A DNA stretch of 64,000 nucleotides from contig NC_134472.1 in NCBI RefSeq assembly GCF_964194025.1, forward strand, positions 28,086,001 through 28,150,000, in the 5' to 3' direction. Each line of letters starts with the position of its first letter. The first letter of the stretch is position 1. Position numbers and translations under genes: made by a program. Positions 54,020 through 64,000 of the stretch are shown here, piece by piece. The stretch comes from Convolutriloba macropyga (Eukaryota). The notes below the pieces were generated by a model. It was not told the DNA's origin. It made no database searches and saw nothing but the letters and a program-made list of their open reading frames with translations.

Positions 54020-54385
54020 TAAAGCATAAAAACTACTGGACGGGTTAATATCTTCAAACACATACTGCTTTCAATAAGTCTGAAGGGTCAAACCAATCCA
54101 TTCGATCAACCTCTCAATTGCCATTCATAATGATGTTAGAATATGTTTGAATTGCTTCACTATGTTATTTGATATTTTCAATCATAAGAAATGTTTCTAA
54201 AAACTGAATAAACTGGTGTTTCTAACATTCTGAAATTTACCAGGTCCTCAATTCAAATAACTAAATAATCGACCAACCAGTAATTTTAAACAATTTGGTA
54301 GATGGAGTCAAGAGCTCGTCGGTGTTCACTCCGCAACCCAACCAGACGAGTAAAAACCAACTTGATGGAACAATACGACAATGCC
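54020..54385 (+). repeat. Dispersed partial copy of the 24-32 kb array unit
   Basis: ctgaagggtcaaac, accaggtcctcaattcaa and gtcaagagctcgtcggtgttcactc...accagacgagta match array blocks near 25000-25190. Confidence 0.8.
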
Positions 54386-54399
54386 CTTGACATAAACAA

Positions 54400-54900
54400 T
54401 GCCCATGTCATGACCAAGAGCGGGAACTTGTCATGATGTCGAGATTGAACCTCATTTTCAGCCGTTGCAAGGGGAAACTTTTGATTTTAAATCAACGACC
54501 ACTGATGATGCAAGATTAGATATCAAGGCCAACAGACCTTTGGAATCGAGGTTCAACGAAACCTATTTTGATGTTAAAGTTTTCAACCCGCGGGAAAAAA
54601 AGTTGCCCTAAAAGCAGTAGCTCAGCCTACAAGTATCATAAATCTATCAAAAAGAATCTGCTTGTCTTTGCTTGCACTGGTGGAGCTGACCCATCAGCTT
54701 CAAAAGCGCTGAAACAACTGCCATCAAAGCTCTCTGCGCGAAAAGAAAACAACTACGCCGATATCATATATCTAAGGACAAAAATCAGCTTTAATCTTCG
54801 GAGGAGTTCCATCCTCTGCATTCGCAGGTAAAGGACGCTTAGGCGGTCCGAAATTGTTGATGCTTCGATGGCAGCTGTGAATGAAGAAGGGAGGCGGTTA
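54400..54900 (+). mobile_element. 3' fragment of a CRE-like non-LTR retrotransposon (restriction-like endonuclease domain)
   Basis: HDVEIEPHFQPLQGETFDFKSTTTDDARLDIKAN...TYFDVKVFNP and LLVFACTGGADPSASKALKQL...YLRTKISFNLRRSSILCIR. Confidence 0.8.
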
Positions 54901-56130
54901 GCATTTCTTGCGTACACTTTTTTTACTAATTTTTTTAGCGTACACCTTACATATTTTTGCATTGAATTTAGCGTGGATCTTCATGGGTTTCTAAAAGTAG
55001 ATACTACATAATTTTCCCGTCAATTTATTGTTGGCCTTACAAATTTTGGAATTTAGTGTTTATTTCACATATTGTTGGGGTCTAGGTACGGTAAGTGAGG
55101 GGACGGGTGTAGGTTTAGTGGTAGGTAGGCTGATGGAGGTGAGGTAGTAAAGTATGTGCATGTGGGAGTTATAGTTTGGTTGCCATTTTTACAGTCCCAA
55201 AATTGTTTTTTGTCGGTTCAATGTTACATGCATTGAAAACTCAGACTGACTATAGAACAAACAATTTTACTCGATACAGATATTAGGTACTGATTATATG
55301 TGTGAATTGCACTTAAAAATTGAAAATGGATAAAAATCTACGCTTAAAAACAAAAAATTATGTCAGATCTTTACTTGGAAACGCCAAAATTTTTGTAAAG
55401 TGTACACTTAGTCCAGTATAGAAAAAATTTGATTCTCAAGAAAACTAGTGTACTGGGGCACAGTGGAATCAGAAGTAGCAAGCATGAAGGAGCCAATGGT
55501 GCACGTCTCTTAGGCTGAGGTCTAAAGGTTGTAAATACGTTAGATCAACGCTAAATTCAACGCAAAATTAAGGAAGATCTATGCTTCATTATGTTATGCT
55601 TCGCTTAGAAATGGAAAATTATCCAGGATAAGCGATAACCAGAGTTGAAATTTTAGAAAATACACCGCAAGTATTACGAAAATTTTGCTGTGATTAAGTG
55701 GATGACAACGCTTCTTACCGTTTATATTAACTGAATTTGGAAAAATTTCTCGGCGATTCTATTGATCACTTCATCATTTTTAAACAGCATGTAACAGTTA
55801 AAATTTTCGGGTCTTTCCCATTATAGCCTCCATGAAATAATAGCCCCCCATTATGGTACGTTTACCATTATTGGGCTAAAAGTTATCTGACCAGTTAGCT
55901 TGGAGAGGCTATATTTGGAAACGCTCACACTTTCTTTAATATCATATGGATTACAACTTCTAGTTTACATCGCAACCGTCACAAAGCCAGTTTACCAACT
56001 CCTGCTGACGCACTCAAATAAATATCAAATCAAAAATTAATTTCAGAATTGAAGGAAAACTAATCAAGCATTCATAGCCCAAAGAGAACACTGTACCGAG
56101 GCAGCAAACAACCGAAGCAATTAAGTATGT

Positions 56131-56543
56131 CAGGGATTTGGAAAAACGAATTGGAAAAATTAATTGGGAAATTAATTGCCCAATAATTGGCGAAATTCGA
56201 AGCAGCATACTCCCAAGTCTGAAACCTGGAACTAGAGAAAAAATTTCCAGACTACAGATTTTTGTCGCAAAGTAATTTGAGATTTTGGGGTGACATTTTT
56301 TTCGTGATGAAAAAAAAAATGAATGTCTGCAAGAGTATAATCATATGCGTACAATTTTGGGTACAGTCAAGACTAAAGTTTTACAAAAAATTGCGAAAAC
56401 AATTATTGATAGAAAGTGAACTTTAATTGATCAATAATTGCAGTTATTGCAGTAATTGATTGTTACGTTTTGCCAATTAAATTAATTCATTGTAACCTTT
56501 TTTCTCTAGCCAATTAATTGCAATTAATTTCTTCAAATCCCTG
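56131..56543. mobile_element. hAT-type MITE
   Basis: TIR CAGGGATTTG / CAAATCCCTG. 8-bp flanks aagtatgt (56123-56130) and aggtatgt (56544-56551) match at 7/8. Subterminal aattaattg repeats. Confidence 0.82.
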
Positions 56544-57039
56544 AGGTATGTCCTGATCGAAGCTGAACGCTTGAAGGAGCGTCGTGCGTTCAAAACTACA
56601 TAGCCTGGAAAGAATGAAATACGTACGATATTCTGAACATGAAGGCATGAGTGTCTAGATATTAACGCACGAAAGTCTGGATTTGAATGCACGAAAGTTT
56701 TAACATGAATCAACGAGGGTCTAGTCATGAACGCACATGAATCTGGACATCAACGCACTTATTTTCTCCAGGAATATAGTGTTCAGAAAAACTAAAACTT
56801 ATTTAATGACTTTTAGCATTCTTACTTAAGTACCCACCCGTGTGGCAGTTCGCTAGGCGTAAAGTTGATGGGCACCGGAGTTAAAAATAGAAAGCAACTT
56901 GTTGGTTAAGAAAAGAATAGTACTCAGTCTTTTGCGTTCTAATAATAAAGACGTTTACTTTTGTGGTATAAAATGCAGTCGAACTTGAAAAAATCTAATT
57001 AATGCGCTAGCGGCCAGAGTACATCACATTTAGCCAAAA

Positions 57040-57780
57040 TTTTTATTGCAATGGGTTTTTTTATAGCGGAAGCTTTTGCTCAGCAAAGGCTTCCGCTATG
57101 TTTTTTTCCTGAGTCAGGAGCTTTTGGTGGCAGATGAGCTTTAATGCACTGATCATTTTGTCATACCCATAGGCAAGTTTACTTTTTGCTGCTCTGTCAT
57201 CCGCCTGTTTATATGTCTGCAAGTTTGCCCGATATAGGTGGAAATGCACACAGTACAAGACATTTCTTATACACGTGCGATTTCAGATGCTGAACAAAAA
57301 TTAGTCTCTGACTGTGGTAAGCAGGTTTTGAGTTCCGTTGTTGTGTCGAGCACTGTAAGGTGCGTTATTTTGTAATTTTTCATTTAGTCTAATGCTTAAT
57401 TTTTGTCTATATTGTTTGTTTGGGTATTTGTTGGTTTAGCTTAACTTTTGATTTGTCTTTGATCATGTTTTTGCGGTCTTTTAAGAGTCACCTAAAATTT
57501 CACCAATTGTATGACATACATTACCTGACGACCAATTTTCCGGATTGATTGTTAAACAAACTTTAATTGCGTCATCAAAATACGTTTGAATTTGAGCAGA
57601 GGAACATCACCAATAATCTTTGTTGCATCTTCCTGCCTGAATGCAACTTTTGCCGCAATGGTTCATTCGTTTGCCATTTTTCATTTTCTATGTGGGAGTT
57701 TTTTTGCCACGTACAGACCAGCACGACTCGCATTGTTTTTGTTAATTTTTAGCATCTATTTGGTCTTCGGGCAAAGCTCA
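57040..57780 (-). mobile_element. Decayed Penelope-like element, GIY-YIG endonuclease region
   Basis: A minus-strand frame not in the ORF track reads TTTELKTCLPQ...RV*EMSCTVCISTYIGQTCRHINRRMTEQQK, matching the Penelope VY.I.C..C...YIGQT.R.L..R..EH pattern. Upstream INPENWSS fits the linker. Confidence 0.75.
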
Positions 57781-58010
57781 TTTAGGTGGATTTAATTGCG
57801 CAGTGGGTTATGTTTATATGGTCAAATTTTATGTGTTTTTGTTGAGCTCACTTAACGATACATTATAAAACACTAGCTGAGATCCGTGAATATCGATGCC
57901 TTTTAGAATTGTTTTGGATTTCGAACAAGCTTCAAACTGATTTCTTCACGATTTCAGAGAACCAGGCTTTAGAGATTTTTGTGTTTGTTATTGAAATAAT
58001 CCTTGTAATA

Positions 58011-58067
58011 ATTGAAACAATACGTCTGTTATTGAAACAATACGTCTGTTATTGAAACAATACGTCT
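58011..58067 (+). repeat. 20-bp minisatellite, ~3 copies
   Basis: attgaaacaatacgtctgtt repeated. Confidence 0.95.
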
Positions 58068-58094
58068 ACCAAGTTTAATGTAAAAATAAGAATA

Positions 58095-58685
58095 AATGCA
58101 TTTGTGGGCTATGTACCAGTAATAAGCTACGCTTCCCAGGTGTGCAAACGAAACTGAAATGAAGGATCTTGAAAAAGTTTAGCGCAAAGCTACAAATTGG
58201 ATTTTGAATGATTGGAGCACTAATTATAAGACCAGACTGGAAAAGCTCAAGATCTTACCAATTTCATTGTATTTCGAACTTCATGACTTCCTTCTCTTTT
58301 TTTGTCTTTTCTCAAAGGGAATTTTGATATCGATCTACCAATAAGAGTAAAGTCAGAGAAAAATACTGACAAAACGAGACAACAGGATTTTATAGAACTA
58401 CAAAAAAACACACGAAAAAGGCTGACGAGAAGTTTTTGGACCAGAGCCAGCCATCTTTTAGACATAGTTGCTAAACAGACTTGTACATTAACAAGCGAAG
58501 TCAGCAAATATCATAAATCTAAGATCTACTTGAATAAGAGTTACTGAGATGTAAATTCGTGATCGGGGACTTTCATGTGCAATTGCGGACATTACAACCC
58601 AATCCAGAAAATCAACTTAGCTGTGAAGTGACAATCCCAAGCCCCGAATCAGACTGATTCAAAGCCTAAACTACTAGTAATAATT
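58095..58685 (+). mobile_element. 5'-truncated CR1/L2-group LINE 3' end
   Basis: PVISYASQV...KDLEKV*RKATNWILNDWSTNYKTRLEKLKILPISLYFELHD...SFWTRASHL, typical of the post-RT C-terminus. A short (cta/taa)-like tail lies near 58670-58685. Confidence 0.75.
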
Positions 58686-58978
58686 GATCAAAATGGACGG
58701 GAATTGGACTCTAAAAACTACGAACGCTTGTGTGCTCAGTTCTTTGGACTTCAGATTTTTGATACTCATAATTAATGGCTTCAATGACCTATTTATTATC
58801 CTTTTAATTGCTCGATGCGTCGAAAAGTAGTAATCTGATATGCTTAAACAATGTTGCATGTTAAACAACTTGTTAGATTATGGTGGTTTTTATTTTCCCC
58901 GAATAATTGTTTTCAGGTGTGCTTTGAAAAACTTGCCGCACAGTTCATTGCAACTTCAGTTCATCCCGTGAAGCTATA

Positions 58979-59371
58979 ATGGCGGAGGCAGAACCCGAAG
59001 TAAACCCTAAAGCCTACCCACTTGCTGGAGCCAACCTGACTAGTCATATTTTGGACTTGTGTCAGCAGGCCTCCAATTATAAGCAGTTGAGGAAAGGGGC
59101 CAATGAGGCTACCAAAACGCTTAACAGGGGACAAGCTGAGTTGATCGTCCTAGCTGCAGATGGAGAACCACTGGAGATCCTGCTGCATCTTCCTTTGTTG
59201 TGCGAAGATAAAAACGTCCCATATGTATTTGTAAGAAGCAAGCAAGCACTTGGTCGTGCATGCAACTTATCCCGGGGAGTTATCGCTTGCAGTGTGACTT
59301 CGAATGAGGGGTCACAACTTGCGCCGCAAATAGAGAAAGTGCGCAACGAGATTGAAAAACTACTGATATGA
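58979..59371 (+). CDS. SNU13: SNU13 / NHP2-like 1 (15.5K, U4/U6 snRNP and box C/D snoRNP protein, L7Ae family), intronless CDS
   Basis: VNPKAYPLA...[63 protein letters not shown]...IEKLLI; full length, 130 aa. Confidence 0.98.
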   Translation: MAEAEPEVNPKAYPLAGANLTSHILDLCQQASNYKQLRKGANEATKTLNRGQAELIVLAADGEPLEILLHLPLLCEDKNVPYVFVRSKQALGRACNLSRGVIACSVTSNEGSQLAPQIEKVRNEIEKLLI

Positions 59372-59537
59372 ACTGCAATGATTGTTTTACTGTTATTTTG
59401 ATGTTCTTAAGAAAGCACATGTGCAGACGTGTTCTAGCTGAGTCTTTGTGAAATCGCAGTAAGCATTTCTTGATGAGATTCAGTCTAATTTAAGTCTTTC
59501 GTTTCTCCTTTTTCTTCCGCCTGCAGCAACTCACAAG

Positions 59538-59543
59538 AATAAA
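59538..59543 (+). terminator. Probable polyadenylation signal of SNU13
   Basis: AATAAA ~167 nt after the stop, followed by U/GU-rich gcttattgtttg. Confidence 0.6.
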
Positions 59544-59718
59544 AACACTAGCTTATTGTTTGAAAATTGACAAAGTTTGAATATTCCCCTTATTTTGGAA
59601 CGCACAATTGTTTTGGTTGGGGATGTGTGGTGTAGTTAAAATTAGTGATTTCAATCGCACGAGACGTATATTCTATATAGATATGAGCTTATTCGTGTGA
59701 CGTATGATCTTGTTATAG

Positions 59719-61122
59719 ATGAAGATGGTACGTGGAGTGCTCAAAGCTCCTGCTCTACCCAACCAGCAAAATGTTGCCAACATCTCTGAAAACGTCAAAA
59801 TCAAGCACAAAACGAAGTCAGAGAAACACGAACCTAAAACCACGAAAACGAAAACAAACAACTTTAACGCAATTGTCGCCAACATAACAATTGATGAAAT
59901 ACTCGAAAAAGCAGGGGAGACAGATGTGAAAGCGGTCGAGGAAGTAAATTTACATGCTTGCGGCATTACAAAAATAGTGCACATGGAAAAATTTTTGAAC
60001 ATACGAGCTCTCGATCTATCCTGTAACGCCATAACGAAAATAGAGAATTTATCAAACTCTGGTTTAAAGGACCTCAAATTGTACGGAAACATGATCACAA
60101 CAGTATCAGGATTGCTCGACCTTTCGAATTTGGAATCAATTTCTCTCCAGCACAACAAAATCAGTGCTATCAGCGATGGTTTTGCTTCTCAGAAGAAGCT
60201 TAAAACTCTACGTCTGGATAGTAATCAGTTAACTCATTTTGAACCCCGAGACTTCAATTGTTGCCGCAATTTAGAAAGCTTAGATGTCAGTTACAACTTT
60301 CTTGAAAGTTTGTCCGCTTTGAAATTTGCGTCTGTTTTGCAGGACTTAACAGCTGTTGGTAACAGACTCAAGAAAGCAGACTGTTCTGGAAATATCACCC
60401 TGGTCGAGCTAGATTTATCATTTAACATTATTGACGATGTCAGTGGAATTTCTAGTTTGGTTAATTTACAGGTTTTAAAGCTGACCAACAATAAAGTAAC
60501 ATCTTTACAACCGATGGGAGAGTTAAAGAAGCTAGCCGAATTACACATGGCATCAAATTTCTTGTCAAATTTGAATTATATCAGGAAACAGTTCCCAAAT
60601 TTGGATTACTTAGATGTACGGAACAACAAAATAACAGACTGGAAATATTTTGAGTATCTCAAGTTCTGCCCTTCAGTCCGCGAAATGTACATCGAAGGGA
60701 ATCCATGTGTTGTGGACTTCACAAGTGAGGACAGGAAAGCTTTGAAGCAGGTGTTACCAAATATGGAAATTGTTGACGGAACGTATCTGGCTGAGAAAGA
60801 CGAACAGTCTTCTTTGTATGCTAAAAGAGCTGCAAGTGCTTCGACAGCAATTACGGTGCGCCAACTCGAGAACGAAATCAACAGTCTCACGATAAATCTG
60901 GACGAAAGTGAACAAAATATTCTGCGAACGTTCGATTCTATTCGAGGTCTAATGAATACACTTCCCCTTCACCCTCCAAGGATTACTGAGGCTAATAATC
61001 TGCCTCCTGATTTAAGAACAAGCCAGCCACCGACGTCAAGAATTGGCTCTGCGAGGAACAGTGGCCGGGCTAGACTGGAGGAAGCTAGACTTTTTGCTGC
61101 TTCCTTAAACATGGAAGACTGA
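59719..61122 (+). CDS. SDS22-like leucine-rich-repeat protein with LRR cap and C-terminal coiled coil, intronless, 467 aa
   Basis: About 11-12 LxxLxLxxNxIxxI repeats (IRALDLSCNAITKIENL, LKDLKLYGNMITTVSGL, LQVLKLTNNKVTSL), cap MYIEGNPC...LPNMEIVDG, and heptads QLENEINSLTINLDESEQ. Confidence 0.92.
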   Translation: MKMVRGVLKAPALPNQQNVANISENVKIKHKTKSEKHEPKTTKTKTNNFNAIVANITIDEILEKAGETDVKAVEEVNLHACGITKIVHMEKFLNIRALDLSCNAITKIENLSNSGLKDLKLYGNMITTVSGLLDLSNLESISLQHNKISAISDGFASQKKLKTLRLDSNQLTHFEPRDFNCCRNLESLDVSYNFLESLSALKFASVLQDLTAVGNRLKKADCSGNITLVELDLSFNIIDDVSGISSLVNLQVLKLTNNKVTSLQPMGELKKLAELHMASNFLSNLNYIRKQFPNLDYLDVRNNKITDWKYFEYLKFCPSVREMYIEGNPCVVDFTSEDRKALKQVLPNMEIVDGTYLAEKDEQSSLYAKRAASASTAITVRQLENEINSLTINLDESEQNILRTFDSIRGLMNTLPLHPPRITEANNLPPDLRTSQPPTSRIGSARNSGRARLEEARLFAASLNMED

Positions 61123-61416
61123 TGTGATTTAGTTAGCTTTACTCACCATCTTTTTAGGAACTGCCATAATTTAGTTCTACTATTCTGACAAATTTTTGTA
61201 AATATGTAGATATTTGTGTACATTGTTTCTCATATCAAACGATATGTTTAAATTGACTATTTTTGCGACCTTCTTGTATGAGCCAAATTTACAGAGCATG
61301 TGCGTAATGAAGCTCGTCTAATAGATAGAACGATTTAATTTTGATTGTCAATCAAAAATCAATATTAGTTTAGATTTTCTCTGGCTGTGTTTACTCAATT
61401 TGTTCCAGGCTTGAAT

Positions 61417-61986
61417 ATGTCAACAGCTGGTATAGAAGCTCAAACTGCAGCAGCTGATTCTCCAGCTAAGAAGCGTTCGCTTGACAATACGCGGGAACCT
61501 CTATCCACTGTCCCGAATGGTCTTGAAACCCCGACTGAAACCACGGGCACCTTATCGCACCCTGTACTGAGAGTTGAGCTAATGAATGAAGATGCCAAAA
61601 TGCCTGTCAAGGGCTCAGAGAAAGCTGCTGGATACGATTTGTTCAGCGCTGTTGAAATCCCAATTCCAGCCCGCGGCAAGGAATGTGTTTCGACTGGAAT
61701 CAAAATAATGCTTCCAGAAAACTGTTACGGACGTATTGCTCCAAGATCTGGTCTGGCGGTGAAGCATTCATTAGACGTCGGAGCCGGTGTTGTGGACGAA
61801 GATTATCGCGGTGAAATCAAAGTTGTCATGTTTAATCTGTCTGACGAAGAATTTTTGGTGACTAAGGGAATGCGAATTGCGCAATTGGTATGTGAACGGA
61901 TTTGGTATCCAAGTATTGAGAAAGTGGAGTCAGTTGATGAGACTAAGAGAGGCGAGGGTGGATTCGGATCCACGGGAACCAAGTAA
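61417..61986 (+). CDS. DUT: dUTP pyrophosphatase (trimeric dUTPase), intronless; ATG at 61417
   Basis: All five motifs present: AGYDL, GRIAPRSGLA, AGVVDEDYRGE, RIAQLV, RGEGGFGSTG. N-terminal SPAKKR NLS-like motif. The ORF-track GTG start overlaps a splice-acceptor-like motif. Confidence 0.97.
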   Translation: MSTAGIEAQTAAADSPAKKRSLDNTREPLSTVPNGLETPTETTGTLSHPVLRVELMNEDAKMPVKGSEKAAGYDLFSAVEIPIPARGKECVSTGIKIMLPENCYGRIAPRSGLAVKHSLDVGAGVVDEDYRGEIKVVMFNLSDEEFLVTKGMRIAQLVCERIWYPSIEKVESVDETKRGEGGFGSTGTK

Positions 61987-62031
61987 ACTTAGAGGAAGAA
62001 CTTGCTTTGCTGTGCCTCGTTTGGCGTTATG

Positions 62032-62037
62032 AATAAA
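62032..62037 (+). terminator. Probable polyadenylation signal of dUTPase
   Basis: AATAAA 45 nt after the stop, followed by T/GT-rich sequence. Confidence 0.6.
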
Positions 62038-62249
62038 AAAAACTTTCTCAAACAGTTTGATGATTTTTGGTTTCATGTGTTTTGATTGGTCATTATGAAT
62101 TGTGCAATACATCTACTTAAATTTGTTGTTAGTTTTTAATGAGAATGTTGGTTTCGAAGGTTGAGAATAGCCTAACGCAACAACTACATGAATTGTGAAA
62201 TATATTGGCAGTGCAAGGTTCCGAGATTAAGAAGGAGCACTTGCGCATT

Positions 62250-63900
62250 CGCATAATTAATAGCCGCACGGCAATAGCTGAGGCTATTATTGGCGCCTCG
62301 TTTTTTTTACAATTAAAAGAATTTGAATTGTATTGGGGAGCGCTGGCTTTTGTCTTTTTTAAGATCTGTTCACACATTTTCATGATTTTTGAAGTCAAAT
62401 TGGAGAAGTGATTTTGGTCACGCCGAAACAGGAAGTAGAGTGAAAAAGCGAGTGGTTTTGCGTAGTGAAATTTTAAAGTAGAGTGAAAAAACGTTGTTTG
62501 AACAAAAATTCGCTTTCTTGCTTGTGGTTTTTTTGTTCACATGCGGCGATTTCATTTTGATTTTTACCGTTTTTTTAATAGCCGCACAGCGATAGCGGGG
62601 GCTATTATTGGCCTTCTCTTGGTTTTTTTTATTTCGTCGCGATTTTTGTTACGACCATATGACGTCACAAGCACTTCAAATCTGCTTTTTGTTCATTCGT
62701 TCATGCAATTTCAACTGAAGAGCGTGCGTGACGTCATTTTTCGCTCTTAGTGGAGTGAGTTTTTTTCATTTGCGTGATTAAATTTTTGGTCACACTTGAA
62801 TGACTTCCTAACTCACAAAAATGACTTCCTCACTTGGAAATTGACTTTTTTAACTTTAGTTAAAGGAGATAAGGTCAAATGGGTGTGTGACACTCTAAAT
62901 GAAGGTTATTAGAGAGCAGCCAATAGAGGCAGCAGAAACCTATATAGATTTCTAATCAAAATATAACATCGGCCTTCAATGAAAAGATGATTTTTTGGTC
63001 TGTCTTTTTTACTGTTTTTTTGGGACTGCAGATCTAAGAAGCTATTGCGGCTATTTTCTGGCAATCTGCCAGCAATGTTCTAATTCTTGGATCGGATTTT
63101 TTCCAAATGGTTTTCCCAATCCATGCTTAGTTCATTCTAGGCCTATTTTTTATTTGAAGCAAATTTCTTTCTAGCTAGTGTTGTTATGTTCACATGCGGC
63201 CTTTCCATTGATTTTCAGTTTTTATATTTTTTATATCTGATCTTCTTTAATGGTTTTCGCAGTTCACTCATAGTCCGTTCTGAAGGTTATTAGAGAGCAG
63301 CCAATAGAGGCAGCAGAAACCTATATAGATTTCTAATCAAAATATAACATATCAGCCTTCAATGAAAAGATGATTTTTTTGGTCTGTCTTTTTTACGTTT
63401 TTTTTTTTGGGACTGCAGATCTAAGAAGCTATTGCGGCTATTTTCTGGCAATCTGCCAGCAATGTTCTAATTTTTGGATCGGATTTTTTCCAAATGTTTT
63501 TCCCAATCCATGCTTATTTCATTCTAGGCCTTTTTTTATTTGAAGCAAATTTCTCCTTCTCGCAAGTGGTGTTATGTTCACATGCGGCATTTTCATTGAT
63601 TTTCAGTTTTTATGATTTTTTTATCTGATCTTTTTTAATGGTTTTCCCAGTTCACTCATAGTCCGTTCTACTCCGAGATTTTCTTTAATCAATGAAAATT
63701 TTTTGAATTGTACGTCAGTACTTGGCACCAATAACTTAAACAGATTCTTTATCAAAATAGCATCTCATCCTTTAATGAAAAGTAATTTTTTGGTCTGTTT
63801 TTTTTTGTTTTTAGACTGTAGATCTACAAAGCTATTGCGGCTATTTGCTGGCTATCTGTCAGCTATGTCCACTATTTGTTATTTTGAAAGGCCTTTTCAA
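62250..63900. repeat. Dispersed repeat family with a ~381-bp tandem duplication (62900-63280, 63281-63670) and a partial third copy
   Basis: tgaaggttattagagagcagccaatagaggcagc at 62900 and 63281; gctattgcggctattt at ~63041, 63428 and 63831; homology to 1-1170. Confidence 0.85.
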
Positions 63901-64000
63901 CTTGTGTTGTTATGTGAGCCCTAGAGTGGCTTTCTTAAGATAATGGAAACAACCGTGGTTATGCGTCTAAAGTTGGTGCCAATTGACAAGATATATAAGG

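Noticed and set aside
59448-59476. SECIS element after the TGA stop of SNU13
   Set aside because: The spacing between GUGA, AA and UGAU is too short for a SECIS helix II, and the protein ends at the conserved SNU13 C-terminus
59673-60890. Antisense ORFs overlapping the LRR gene (also those over SNU13 and DUT)
   Set aside because: Shadow frames of real CDSs with no independent features
61387-61416. GTG-initiated N-terminal extension of dUTPase
   Set aside because: Eukaryotic context; the segment looks like a branch point/pyrimidine tract/AG acceptor, so the ATG at 61417 is preferred
61417-61986. dUTPase as retroviral/TE cargo
   Set aside because: It is not fused to gag/pol, has an NLS-like SPAKKR N-terminus as in cellular nuclear isoforms, has its own poly(A) signal and sits with cellular genes

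Overview
AT-rich, repeat-dominated eukaryotic (probably metazoan) scaffold with a 171-N gap at 21540-21710. The organism cannot be identified from sequence alone. Layout: (1) 1.3-8.1 kb, a six-unit satellite with a nested, variable-copy ~165-bp subrepeat, set inside a dispersed repeat family that recurs at 62.2-63.9 kb. (2) 10-23.6 kb, old duplications, several MITEs (Mutator-type with a 9-bp TSD, a TA-TSD type, foldback types) and a few plausible minus-strand exons. (3) 24.3-31.8 kb, a second complex ~1.5-kb tandem array. (4) 32.9-36.3 kb, a decayed gag + envelope(F-like) retroelement remnant with no pol. (5) 37.4-58.6 kb, decayed BEL/Pao, Ty3/Gypsy, CRE-like, Penelope and CR1/L2-like fragments, including a near-perfect 2.39-kb tandem duplication and a hAT MITE. 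(6) 58.9-62.0 kb, the only clearly intact genes: SNU13, an SDS22-like LRR gene and dUTPase. They are intronless, co-oriented and ~0.3 kb apart, and each is preceded by a 3' splice-acceptor-like motif. This is an operon/trans-splicing candidate and the most interesting signal here. All family assignments come from motif recognition by eye; no database searches were run.
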